A stretch of 64,000 nt of DNA from Octopus sinensis (lineage: Eukaryota): assembly GCF_006345805.1 (NCBI RefSeq), contig NC_042999.1, positions 158,410,001-158,474,000 of the forward strand, read 5' to 3'. The position numbers and the translations under genes are program-made. The notes beneath the pieces are model-generated. The model saw only the letters and a program-made list of their open reading frames with translations, was not told the origin of the DNA and did no database searches. Positions within the stretch are counted from its first letter, which is position 1. Every line of letters starts with the position of its first letter. Shown in pieces: positions 41,367-53,860 of the stretch.

Positions 41367-41785
41367 GGCGCAGGAGTGGCTGTGTGGTAAGTAGCTTGCT
41401 AACCAACCACATGGTTCCGGGTTCAATCCCACTGCGTGGCATCTTGGCAAGTGTCTTCTGCTATAGCCCCAGGCCGACCAATGCCTTGTGAGTGGATTTG
41501 GTAGACGGAAACTGAATGAAGCCTGTCGTATATATGTATATATATATGTATGTGTGTGTATATGTTTGTGTGTCTGTGTTTATCCCCTCCAACATCGCTT
41601 GACAACCGATGCTGGTGTGTTTACGTCCCCGTCACATAGCGGTTCGGCAAAAGAGACCGATAGAATAAGTACTGGGCTTACAAAGAATAAGTCCCGGGGT
41701 CGATTTGCTCGACTAAAGGCGGTGCTCCAGCATGGCCGCAGTCAAATGACTGAAACAAGTAAAAGAGTAAAAAGAGTAAAAGAGA
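41367..41785 (+). mobile_element. SINE family B, young full-length copy
   Basis: GGCGCAGGAGTGGCTGTGTGG...GGTTCAATCCC head, central microsatellite, GTAAAA(A)GA tail repeats. Confidence 0.92.
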
Positions 41786-41829
41786 GTATTTCTTTTGCGC
41801 ATATAAACTGCATTCAGGTAACAAAAACT

Positions 41830-42225
41830 GGAAGTTGCTCGCGCGAGAATGGGGCCCTACAGGCAGAGGATAAGGGAAGAGGAGAGGCAAGAAATCCTCG
41901 AGAGAGAGAGGGACAGGCAATGACAGCAGCTGAGACGAGCGCCAATGAAGGGTGAACAACGCGAGGAACACATGCAGCAAGATAGGAGTAGACAACAAAT
42001 AAGACAAGAAAATATGAATGAGGAACAGCTTGCCCAGTACCACTGGCAGCAGAGAAGCTTATTTCAGCGAAAAGTAGAGAACAAGAATCAACACGACAGG
42101 GTTATTTATCAGCAAATCCGAAGTGGAAGATATCGATAAAAAGTTCAAAATATGAATGCTGGTGAAATTGAAAATTTAAGGTGGCATTAGATGCAGCGGC
42201 AGCGTGTGAGAAGACAGGCCAGTGC
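41830..42225 (+). pseudogene. remnant with 23-aa periodic charged repeats (STPR-like, possibly Helitron-derived)
   Basis: GEQREEHMQQDRSRQQIRQENMN / EEQLAQYHWQQRSLFQRKVENKN, plus a further degenerate unit; interrupted by stops. Confidence 0.35.
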
Positions 42226-42234
42226 TGAACAAAG

Positions 42235-42848
42235 CTATTGTAGTTATAGGTGCATTTGGAAATATCCCTAAAGATTTGAACAGCTGTATAAAGGTAACAG
42301 GCATAAAACAAAGTTTAGCACATCTGTAGAAACAGTGTTATTGTTGTTTGTTCCTTCTCGAGCCATGCCTGGCTCATAAGGGCCTGTTTCCCGGTTTCTT
42401 GGCGTATAGGTTCCCCACCTGGACGGGAAGCCGGTCCATCGCAGGTGAGCTGCAAGATGCAGGAGGAAAGAGTGAGAGAAAGTTGTGGCGAAAGAGTCAG
42501 CAGAAGTTTCACCATTACCTTCTGCCGGAGCCGCGTGGAGCTTAGGTGTTTCGCTCATAAACACATACATCGTCCGGTCTGAGATTCGAACCCACGATCC
42601 CTCGACCGCGAGTCCGCTGCTCTAACCTCTAGGCCATGTGCCTCCACACACAGTGTTATTAGGGACAGCTAAGGTACTTAGGAGGGTTCGTGGCATTTAA
42701 GGGCACTTGTTGTAACCCGATAGGAGGCTTTTTGGCATCTAAGGCTACTTGTAACACAATAGGAGGTTTCTTCGCATCTAAGGCTACTTGAGGTCCATTG
42801 TTAGGATTCTTTTCTTTTCCAACTTTCTAATCTGTTGAGAGGATATGA
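42235..42848 (+). mobile_element. R4/Dong subfamily 1 3' fragment interrupted by a SINE
   Basis: IVVIGAFGNIP...ETVLL|GTAKVLRR; 3' UTR homologous to 37450-37556, followed by (AAT)n. Confidence 0.8.
42343..42649 (-). mobile_element. SINE with a family-A-type head but a different 3' half
   Basis: Head GTGGAGGCACATGGCCTAGAGGTTAGAGCAGCGGACTCGCGG; TSD ACAGTGTTATT at 42332-42342 and 42650-42660. Confidence 0.88.
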
Positions 42849-43029
42849 AAATAATAATAATAATAATGATGTATACGTTTTAGGAATGTAAGATTTGTAC
42901 AGAGGAGGAGATACATAGTTTTAAACTAAATCTATATCTTAAGAAAAACTAATTTACTGTTTGAAGTGGCCTGTGAGAGTGATTTCGGCCGAGTGCTTTC
43001 ACGATGTCAACAAGTAATCTTCTGAAAGG

Positions 43030-43079
<50 letters not shown>

Positions 43080-43482
43080 GAGAGACAGAGAGAAAGTAAG
43101 AGAGAGAGATACAGAGAGAACAAGAGAGTGGTGGTATAGAAGAAGAGAGACAGAGGGTGCGGGACTGAGGTATACATTGCGTTTTTATAAATAGGTTCAG
43201 CATGGTAACAATCTGGGTGTGGTAAAGAGCTGCTTTCTACATGAATGTGTATAAATAAAGTATACGTTTTAAGAATGTAAGGTTTGTACAGAAGAGAAGG
43301 GGCACAGATTTAAACTGAATCTAACGGAGAACTCGTTTACTGTTTGAAGTAGCCTGTGACTGTGATTTCCGTCGAGGGGTTTTACGATGTCGACCAGTAA
43401 TCTGTGCGGAAAGAGACTTTGTGAGACCTCTGACAGCAGGCTGGTGTCCACTCACACAGAATCTACCAGAGCAAACATATTA

Positions 43483-43543
<61 letters not shown>

Positions 43544-43547
43544 TATT

Positions 43548-44097
43548 GAGTGAGAGAGCAGTGCATGTCATCAAAGTGACACTGGGGTAAAATATACCAA
43601 TCCCAGTGTACCCATCATGACTACCCGTCTGATAAGGGTACACCAGGCACATGCATCACAACCATATGTGCGCGACATGGTGATCTCATATCAAGATAAA
43701 CAGCACATGACCTTGCAGGTGGGGCATAGTTAGAATTTTCTTCTGGTCGAGTAACCCATTCCGCTCAGTAGGTCCCTGAATAAGGGTTGTTTAAGGATGT
43801 TGAACGAACTACCCATGTTTCCAAAGGTGAATTATCCAAACCTCCAAGAACCCCTTTCAACACACGGTCATGATGCTCCCCCACTACTTCTACTCAGAGA
43901 TGCACATATCGTCAGCCACAAAGGGACATGCTCAACTGGGTATGGTCAAACAATTGACAAGCAAATCTGTTCTATTGAACAGAATATTTGCTGTAGCCCA
44001 TCTTTTATACCAAGACAAAACAATGTACATGATAACACTTCCAATCAGTTAAGATCAGGAGCCATGAGAGCCACCGTCTGGTACTGCATCAGGGCAT
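43548..44097 (-). mobile_element. ~550 bp non-coding repeat, copy 2 (flanked by (TTA)n)
   Basis: Reverse complement of copies 1 and 3, so orientation relative to AAT is the same. Confidence 0.85.
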
Positions 44098-44143
44098 TTA
44101 TTATTATTATTATATTATTATTATTATTATTATTATATTATTA

Positions 44144-44190
<47 letters not shown>

Positions 44191-44204
44191 CATCATTTCT
44201 ATTA

Positions 44205-44500
44205 TAGGCACAAGGCCGGAAATTCGTGGGGAGGGGACTATTCGATTACATCGACGCCACTATTTTACTGGTATTTAATTTATCGACCCCGAAAGGAAGA
44301 AAGGCAAAGTCGACCACGGTGGTATTTGGATTCAGAATCTAAAGACGGACGCAATGCTGCTAAGTTGTTTTCCTATCGTGCCAACGATCCTGCCATCTAG
44401 CTAAGTCAACTTCAGAATTTGAACTCAGAACGTAAAGACGGACGATATACTGCTAGGCATTTTATCCGGCATGGTAACACTTATCCCAGCTCACTGCCTT
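44205..44500 (-). mobile_element. SINE family C (alternative tail, head partly duplicated)
   Basis: TTTATCGACCCCGAAAGGAAGAAAGGCAAAGTCGACC core; two AGAA..TAAAGACGGACG head segments. Confidence 0.75.
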
Positions 44501-44539
44501 AACAATATCAACAATAACAATTTCTTTATAAACCACAAA

Positions 44540-45290
44540 AGGTTTACATTAAAAAAAACATTGTGGACAGGATAGAATAAATAGAAAGTAGGGTTACATG
44601 AGAGTCGTGTAAACAATGAAAGACAATCGAATATACCAGCAAAATCCTCCAGAAGAGGTAGACCTCCTAGGACTGCTCTTGGAAACACTACAAATTCACT
44701 CACCTTTTAACAAAATTGTTAGGGGAAGAATTTCCCACTCCACCCTCACTTTCCTTTTCAAGGAAGGTGGCGGGTCTATCTTCACAATGGACTCAGCCGA
44801 AAGCCGGATTCATTCGACACACAACAGTAGGTGTTCGACATAAACCCACAAGTCAGAAATACCCGGGTACTAAACGAGAGCGTGCAGAACAGTTTCATTG
44901 CTCTGCGCACATCTCGGGCAAACCCGGCTAACTGCACTTTTGAGTCTGTAGAGTTTACCCCAAACAGGCAGTTCCCCGCAGTAGCACTGCCAGGCCAAGG
45001 ATTTCTGAAAATTAACCATAGGCCCCAGCCCGAAAGTTCTCCAGAACAACCCACCAAACTTATTCTCGTCGACACCCAAAGTCTGCCCTAGAACGTCACA
45101 TTTACCACACCCTCTTTAAAACGCCTGAGTGAAACTTCCACCAACCGCATTGCCTGACTGTCAGAGGAGTGTGAACACCTGACGACACTCTGGGTGCCAG
45201 ATGCCCGTCTCGGTCTACGTCTGATCCAGGACTGCAGCTCACCCAAAGAGACGAAATTCAATAATAATCTTGTAGTATAATAAAACTTAA
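44540..45290 (-). mobile_element. Tx1/L1-clade LINE 3' end (zf-RVT region)
   Basis: LAWQCYCGELPVWGKLYR...VCPRCAQSNETVLHALV*YP..SDLW..VEHLL; in-frame stops. Confidence 0.75.
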
Positions 45291-45566
45291 AGTGTGCCTG
45301 TCGGTCACACTATAGGGAGGGAGGAATAAAACAACAGATGCAGTGTTAGTGGCTGGCAGTGAGAAATGCTAATGCAGGCAACAATATTTAAAGGTTTTGG
45401 TAGGAAGATAACGAAGAAAGAAGAGTAAAACAACAAAGTGGGAGTGTGAGAAAGAGAATGATAAACTTCGAGTTTTTTTCGTAACTTGTATTTACTCTAT
45501 CAGTTTCTTTCTTTTTCTCTCTCTCTGTCTCACACATAATTATATATATATATATATATATATATC

Positions 45567-45597
<31 letters not shown>

Positions 45598-45612
45598 TAT
45601 TATATATATATA

Positions 45613-45660
<48 letters not shown>

Positions 45661-45794
45661 ATATATATATATATATATATACATATATATACATATATAT
45701 ACATATATATACATATATGTATATATATATATATTTGTACAAAATTAAATATGAAGCACTTTTGTGTTTTCAAAATATTATCGTCCACGTAACT

Positions 45795-47142
45795 TATATA
45801 TGCGTTTTGGGGTACATGACATCACCATCAACAAATAACATGATATACGAAAACAAATGAGTTAAATACGCAAACAACGAGAGAAAAAATGGAAAATAGG
45901 ACAAGTAACTCGAAGAACGACCCTTCATCAGTTGGGCATTCAACGACAATATGAGTTTTCGAAGACAGTTGATCCCATAAATACCAAAATAAAATTTTGG
46001 ATATGTGAAGGGTCAAAGGTGGGAACAAAAACAGGACAGTGGAAACATATAAGGAAACCGATCGAAAACAAGCATGGAGGGTCATTAGACGAGAACGAAG
46101 GTAAAATAGCGAACGCTGGAGAAATATTTTCTTTGAAAAGATAGAAGATAGAATACGTCCAGTCCTTACGACGTCCCGAAGGAAAAGAAACGTGGTCATG
46201 TGTGGAAAAGAAAGATGGACGATGGTCACGTGTGAGCAACGAGAGAGAAAAAGAGAAAGGAGAGCGAGAGAGAAAAAGAGAAAGGAGAGCAAGAGAGACA
46301 GATAGAAAAAGGGAATTGGAGAAGGATGAGGAGAAAACAGTACAGAGTCGCATCAAAAAGTTTAAGTGAAACTTACTTGGAAATGGATGCGTGACGTTCA
46401 ATCAAATAATAATATAAATAATATATATATATATATGTATACACATATATATGTATATATGGGAACAGGACGTCCATATATATAAATATAAATGTATAAA
46501 TATACATGCATTACATATAGATATAGATAATTTCAAACTAATAATAAAAGGCTAAAATTTACCAGTTTATTATTAATTTGAAACTATAATTTATCCCATG
46601 ATAGAATACTGCAGTTTTCTACAGTATTGCTCATAGCATACATGTGGGCACAGTGGATGAATAGTATATTCACATTCGGCTGTGTAAATTTTGGAAGTGT
46701 TGGTTGGATATCTGTTGCACGATGTCGCTCGATCGTGTTCATAGTTAATCCTAGCACTGACAAATGTTATAATCGGAAATGCTACACTGAAGAGAGAAGT
46801 AAGTAATTAACAACACTTTAATCTCGAAACGCGTCTGTGGCTAATCGGAGTAGTGTTGATTCATTGTTTTTCTCTTTGCCTACGTTAAAAAAAGTGTGTT
46901 ACTCTCGTGGTGATTCTTACAGTGTAGAAAAGGAATGTTTAACTCTTATTTCTAAATTCGGTGTGTGGTGAAGCAATTAGCTGACTCCTAATTATAATCA
47001 TGTTTATAATTATAGAATATTTGTATATATAAATAGAGAGATAAATAGAGGGAGCGAAAGAAAGAGATAGGGGAGGGATATGTCTATAAATGCATTTATA
47101 TATATATATGCATATATATATGTATATATATATGTATATATA

Positions 47143-47187
<45 letters not shown>

Positions 47188-47461
47188 GTACTTATATCTA
47201 TATAGACTTCTACTTTATCATAGGGTCAACCAAGGACTTGTAAGAAGATATGGTAGATGGAAACTGAAAGAAGACATACACACACACATATATACGTACA
47301 CATATATATGCGTTTTGGGGTACATGACATCACCATCAACAAATAACATGATATACGTAAACAAATGTGTTAAATACGCAAACAACGAGAGAAAAAATGG
47401 AAAATAGGACAAGTAACACGAAGAACGACCCTTCATCAGTTGGGCATTCAACGACAATATG
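45795..47461 (+). repeat. 159 bp direct repeats at 45795-45953 and 47303-47461
   Basis: Identical except for three A/T substitutions. Confidence 0.9.
46781..46841 (+). ncRNA. minimal type I hammerhead ribozyme motif (second sequence family)
   Basis: GCTACA-CTGAAGA-GAGA...TCTC-GAAAC-GC-GTC|TGTGGC: 6-bp stem I (one GU), 4-bp stem II, palindromic stem III ACGCGT; predicted cleavage after C46835. Confidence 0.75.
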
Positions 47462-48375
47462 TTTGTATGCATGCTTATATACTTACATATGCCTATATAT
47501 GTATATATGCATACAAAATATATAATGATATAAATTTAATAATAGTAATGTCAGTAATGTGTAAAGCCACATGCTAGAAATATACGCCAAATGGCTCTAA
47601 GAACTACATTATTTACCACATTGGTACGGGCTGAAAACGAGGGAAAATTGATAAAAGAGATTTTTTTAAATGGTTTAACCATAGATCGATTTCTAGTTTA
47701 GGGGTGTAACACTCTGTATTGTCTTCAGTATGATATAACTCAAAGTACATAATTATAAACATTTATACATACTCATACGAATGTAGCTTATCAACAAGCG
47801 CGTTGACGAATGTGCACACTTATCTAAAGCTAAATCTAACTAGTTCATCTCAGGCACGGGCGAACGGAACGAAATAATACTGCAGTAAATAAATTGGTTG
47901 AAGTGTTTTATATTTATCTTTATAAACAAGGACAAATCTATATAAGATTTTATCAAGTAGCCAGCATGTAATAAACCATATAGGTAAAAATTAATAAGAA
48001 ATATGTAATTATATGAATATAATTATAATAAGGGTACTAATGAGTAGCACTACATGCTAGAAATAGACGCTGAATCGATCTATGGTAACACTATTTCTAA
48101 AAAATATTTTTTGTTCATATCCTTCGCGTTCAGCCCGTGCCAATTTGGTAAATAATGCAATTCTTAGAGCCATTTGGCATCTATTTCTCTCATGTGGCGT
48201 TAACCATTAGCGCCCTTAAAATAATTACATATATATATATATAATTATATATTTTATATAAATTTTTACCTGTAAGGTTTATCACATGCTGGCTACTTGA
48301 GAAAATCTTATATAGGCATTTATCTTGCTTATAAAGATCGTATATAAATATACATACATACATACATACATACAA

Positions 48376-48411
<36 letters not shown>

Positions 48412-48713
48412 CTTTCACTTATAAGTACATATATTTGTATATGTTCATATGAGTGTTTGTGTGTATGTGAATGTGTGTGTATACGCAAACATACATCATC
48501 AAGAGGGTGATATTTTCAACGGAGACGTTAAAATTGTATTTGATTCTCCGAGTGGTTCAATTCTATTTACCTACATATACTTACTGTTATTTGTTAATGG
48601 TTTCCTCCATTGTGTTGATGTACGATTTTCTATTATTAATAAAGCTGTCGCCATTTTTGACGACAAGGATATGCTAGCAATAGTAGTAATAGTAGTAGCA
48701 GTAGTATTAGTAT

Positions 48714-48751
<38 letters not shown>

Positions 48752-48897
48752 TTGATAATAGTAGTAGTAATAACAACAATAATAATAATAAAAATAATGA
48801 TGATGATGATAATGATGATGATGATGGTGATGATGCTGATGATGATGATGATGATGATGACAATAATAGTAAGAAGAATAAGAAGTGATGTAGCACC

Positions 48898-49460
48898 ATG
48901 CCTTGATGCAGTATCAGGCACTTGCACACGTAGATTTTGATCTTAACTGACTGCAAGTGTTACCCTCGTACATGTTTTATCATAGTGTAAAAGATGGGAT
49001 ACAGCAAATATTCTGCTCTATACCACAGATTAGCTTGTCAGTTGTTTGACCTTAACCAATTAAGCATGTCCCTTAGTGGATGTCGATGTGTGCATTTTTG
49101 ATCACGAGTAGAAGTAGCGGGGGAGCATCAGAGCCGTGTGCTGAGATGAATACTTTAGGATTGGAGGTTTGGATAATTCACCTTTAGAAACATGGGTGGT
49201 TCGTTTAACATCCTTAAACAATCCTTATTCAGGGACCTTCTGAGCGGGTTCGGCTACTCGACCAGATGAAAATTCTAGCTGGACCCCACCTGCAACGTCA
49301 TGTGCTGTTTATCTTGATATGAGATCACCGTGTCGCGGGCATATGGTTGTGATGCATGTGCCTGGTGTACCCTTATCAGACGGGTAGTCATGATGGGTAC
49401 ACTGGGCTTCGTATATTTTACCTCAGTGTCACTTTGATGGCATGCACTGAACTCTCACTC
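48898..49460 (+). mobile_element. ~550 bp non-coding repeat, copy 3
   Basis: ATGCCTTGATGCAGTATCAGG...GTGTCACTTTGATGGCATGCACTG; preceded by GAT/AAT repeats and followed by a long (AAT)n. Confidence 0.85.
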
Positions 49461-49484
49461 AATATTAATGATAGTAACAACAAC

Positions 49485-49627
<143 letters not shown>

Positions 49628-49654
49628 GAAGAAGAAGAAGAAGTAGAATCCTTT

Positions 49655-49790
49655 CTACTAAATGTACATGGCCTTGAAATTTTGGGGGAGCAGACTAGTC
49701 GATTACATCAACTCCAGTGTTTCACTGATACTTAGTTTATCGACCCCGAAAAGCTGAAAGGTAAAGCTGACCTAGATGGTATTTCAAATC
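49655..49790 (-). mobile_element. SINE family C, truncated
   Basis: GTCGATTACATC...TTTATCGACCCCGAAAAGCTGAAAGG. Confidence 0.65.
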
Positions 49791-50481
49791 AGTAATTATA
49801 AAATTAATACTTGTAAGTGAAGGTTATGCTCACATTTCATCGTTTTCTATCAAGTAGACCATGGAGACATAGTCAAGGAGGATTATTGTCGCTTCCATGT
49901 TAGTACTTATTTTATTTAGATTCGGTACTAATTCGCTTGGTCTCTTTTGTTGAACAGTCTCTTGTATGTCATGAGTGCATGAACACCCAACAGCGGCTGT
50001 CAGGAAGTGTAGAGTAGACAACAGACACACAGACACCCACAGACACAAACACTTACGCACACACACACATGATTCTTCACACCGTTTCCGTCTATGAAGT
50101 TCACTCACAAGCTAAAGGCGAAGAAATTTGCCCAAGGTGCCATGCAATGGGATTAAATGCAAAACCGCGTGGCTGCTAAGCGAGCTTGTTATCCATACAA
50201 CAATGCCGTTTAAAATGACCCACTTAGAAAACATTTCTGTAAGCTTTTCTCAATATTTACGGAGTCATATATGTTTTCTATGGGTTTGCCAGAATTCTTT
50301 TTGTTGATACCGATGAGATCCATTTTGATCAGACTGAGCATCAATAATCTGAAGCTTGCAGAAACAATGTTAATGGAGAACCAGGTACTGTACAAGTAAT
50401 TGTTAAGAAGAGACAAGGAGCAGAGGCTGTTGCAGTAGAGACAAAAAGGACAAGGTGGGACGATAGCATAATTGTGATAAT

Positions 50482-50807
50482 TAAAAGACTCCGCCGGTTA
50501 CGACGACGAGGGTCCCAGCTGATACGATCAACGGAACAGCTTGCTCGTGAAATTAACGTGCAAATGGCTGAGCATTCCACAGACACGTGTACCCTTAACG
50601 TAGTTCTCGGGGATAATCAGCGTGACACAGAGAGTGACAAGGCTGACCCTTTGAAATACAAGTACAACTCATTTTTGCCAGCTGAGTGGACTGGAGCAAC
50701 GTGAAATAAAGTGTCTTGCTCAAGGACACAACGCGTCGCCGGGAATCGAACTCACAACCTTACGATCATGAGCCGAATGCCCTAACCACTAAGCCACGCG
50801 CCCTCAC
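50482..50807 (-). mobile_element. SINE with a family-A-type 3' half but a different tRNA head/core
   Basis: Head GTGAGGGCGCGTGGCTTAGTGGTTAGGGC...GAGTTCGATTCC, core GTGTCCTTGAGCAAGACAC; TSD AATTGTGATAAT at 50470-50481 and 50808-50819. Confidence 0.9.
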
Positions 50808-51379
50808 AATTGTGATAATAGATTGAAACCTGTTGACGAGGGAACTATTGTTCATAAGTTCATAAGACATGCTTTGCGATTTATTTTTGTGTATCTAGCG
50901 ACAGCACCGTCGCATGTGACGCGAGTGGTACATCGTTGTTACTTGAGTTTTTGTAAAGGGTTAGCAATTTATTAAACCTGAAGTATGTTCTGGATGTGAG
51001 ACAATGTCTAGACGTGGGTTATGTTTTGTATGCAGAATCATCGGGAACGATCATCAGAGATTGTGAGGCTTTACATTTGCAGTCACTGCAAATGTTTTAA
51101 TTACATGGTAAGTAATTCTTTCAAGAATATGCATATTTTTCGGATTGACAAAACAGAAAATTAATTAATTATCATTTCTAAAATGTCACGTATTGCATAA
51201 ACACACAAAAAATAAAGATAGCTATCTTAGTGGAGCTATAGCTATCAATAACACGATATAATATATCTGATAGCTATGGGAACATTCATATGTTATATTC
51301 TTGATAATAAGATAAGGTAATATTTTAATAAAAACGCGAAGAGGCGACAGACATGCAATGAACTTAACCATCTCCTAAA

Positions 51380-51422
51380 ATGATAGAAACAGGTATTTTT
51401 GTGGCTACCTTTATAGCAGTGG
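51380..51422 (+). CDS. exon 1 of candidate micro-exon gene (MIETGIFVATFIAV, signal-peptide-like)
   Basis: AAA-ATG with an in-frame upstream stop; strong donor GG|gtgagt, phase 1. Confidence 0.45.
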
Positions 51423-51892
51423 GTGAGTATATTTTCAATTTGTTACATAATTCATTTCTGTTTTGACGCTACAACACAGTACGTCTTATTGATAAAATTC
51501 CAGTCTATAATCTTATATTGATCACATGGAAAACATTACAATATATGGTTCACTTACACAGATATATATCATTCTGTATGCTTACACATTTTAAGTATAT
51601 CAAGTTAACGGGTCTATTTAAAATTTTTACACTAAATTCATTTCGCAGTTCAGCAGATAACCCATAATAGTAAGACACCAGCAAAACTTGACAATATTGT
51701 TGTTCATTTTACGCAAAAGTACCAGTACGTTTATGAAGGCTTATCTCAGATAATTAACCCAGCACAAAAGTTTGCTACCAAATTTTTTCAGCTACTTTGG
51801 ATCAAATTATAATATATTAGAAATAAGTCAGTTCGTCCTAAGAAAATATTTACAAGTGAAAATATTTTTCTCTGTGTCACGGTCATTAACCC

Positions 51893-52440
51893 TCATCATC
51901 ATCATCATTGTTCGACCGTGGTCGAGACAATGGAATTTACCATGCTACGCCAGACTTCACGGTCCATCATGGCATTACGGAGGTCCTGTTGCTGGATGCC
52001 TGTATCCCTGGAGATTACATCAGGGTAGGAGCGTGTGCGCCCTCTGGTATTGCAAGTAGATGGCTTCCAGAGGAGAAGAGGAGAAATTACTTCTTTTTCA
52101 GCTCTACAACAATGTCCAGCAAACTGGACTCTCCTACCTTTCACAAGAGATGACATAGGTGGTAGTTTCCCATATATTTGCATTTTGGTTGGATGGCGCC
52201 TCCACGAGAGATTTTGAGCTCTCATAAGGAGGCGAGTGTAGGTTCCATCCAACCGCTTCTCAAGCTTCTTTGATAACGTCCAGGTTTCTGAGCCATATAG
52301 TAGAACTGGTTCGACTGTGGCTTTGAGGATTTCAACTCAGAAGTATCTACTTAGATTTGATGACCAGATCGTATGCATGTCATTACAGGCTGGCCAGGCC
52401 ATACCCTCACCCCATACATCACTGCCCTTTATCCTCTTCC
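51893..52440 (-). mobile_element. RTE-clade LINE 3' fragment with (TGA)n tail
   Basis: ATVEPVLLYGSETWTL..LEKRLDGTYTRLLMRAQNLSW...RRVQFAGHC...LLLWKP...MMDREVWR, then a stop and TGATGATGA. Confidence 0.9.
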
Positions 52441-52794
52441 GCATCTTTATTAAATGGAATCCCATGCATTACATTAAACAAAATAACATTATCCATCTAA
52501 ATTTACTGTTTATGAAGGAAAGATTCATCAACACTGTTCTCAGTAAAGTGATTGGCCAACATTTAGTGATTACTAACTCTCACCATTACACTATTATATT
52601 CATGAGAAACATAAACAAATCTTAAAATCTGGATCTATCTAGTTTTACACAGATACTAAAGGATTGGTGAAATTTATAGTAGTTAACTATATGCAAAATA
52701 AAATCCAGGTATACATTAACTGGCTTGCATTACTGAATTCAGTTTTTCCTTTGTGAGATTTATTATTATTATTATTATTTTTATTATTATTATT

Positions 52795-52871
<77 letters not shown>

Positions 52872-52926
52872 CATTATTATTATTATCATTATTATTATTA
52901 TCATTATTATTATCATCATTATTATT

Positions 52927-52957
<31 letters not shown>

Positions 52958-53271
52958 TTTTATAACATGCTTTCACTTCACTACCGAGCGCAGCTCTGTG
53001 TGCCTTGGGTATGTGCTGTGATTTGTTGTGATGCTCTGATGGTTATTGTATGGAAAGTGTTCTGCGTAGGATTTGTGCAGTGCCTAGTAGTGCAATTTTC
53101 TGTATGTTATATGTGTTTGTAAGTCCTGGTGTTTTTGTTATGTATTTGTCTGAATATTTTTTTATCATGCCTAATGCACCTACTATTATAAGAATTGTTT
53201 CTGTTTTTAGTTTCCAGTCTAGCTACCTCTATTTCCAGGTCTTTGTATTTTGAGAGTTTCTCAATTTCTTT
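52958..53271 (-). mobile_element. R4/Dong subfamily 2 3' fragment in (TTA)n
   Basis: Reverse complement of 37730-38040 at high identity; flanked by TTA arrays. Confidence 0.9.
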
Positions 53272-53278
53272 TATTATA

Positions 53279-53318
<40 letters not shown>

Positions 53319-53860
53319 TGCGTGTGATATATAGCTTAGAATTCCTCACGCAAATGAATTACAGCAAACGACAAACCATAGTCTAACAAGGAAGTCCTGC
53401 AACAGGCTGTAAATGTTGTTTTGAATTTGCTATCAGATAACCAACCGCTAAAGTGGGGATGAAAATGTATATTAGAAGCAAAATTTACTAGAATTATCAG
53501 AGGAAAACTTGCATGAACTTATAGTTGGGGGTCTTACCTAACGATTTGACAAGAAAATTCCATTCAGTCTTAGTTATTAATTTCTTTTCACAAAGCTGCA
53601 AATTAATATTTCTCTTATTAGGCTGATGTATTTGATTCGATTGCCTTTAAACTTTGCTGGTAATTTTTCAATTGCCCATTGGAGGAAAGGTGAACCTGGC
53701 ATTTTACCGATTTTGATACATATGTAGATATACAGTTACGCGCCTGCACATACAGGCGCACACACATACACACAAACACACACACACACACACATACATA
53801 TATACACACACACTAACACACACATAAGCACGTACCCACATACATCTCAAAAGTAAATAC

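Noticed and set aside
45905-45975. Minus-strand CTGATGAAGGG...CTTCGAG hammerhead-like motif (also 47410-47450)
   Set aside because: GAAA is absent after stem II, and alternative type II/III pairings have mismatches at core-closing pairs.
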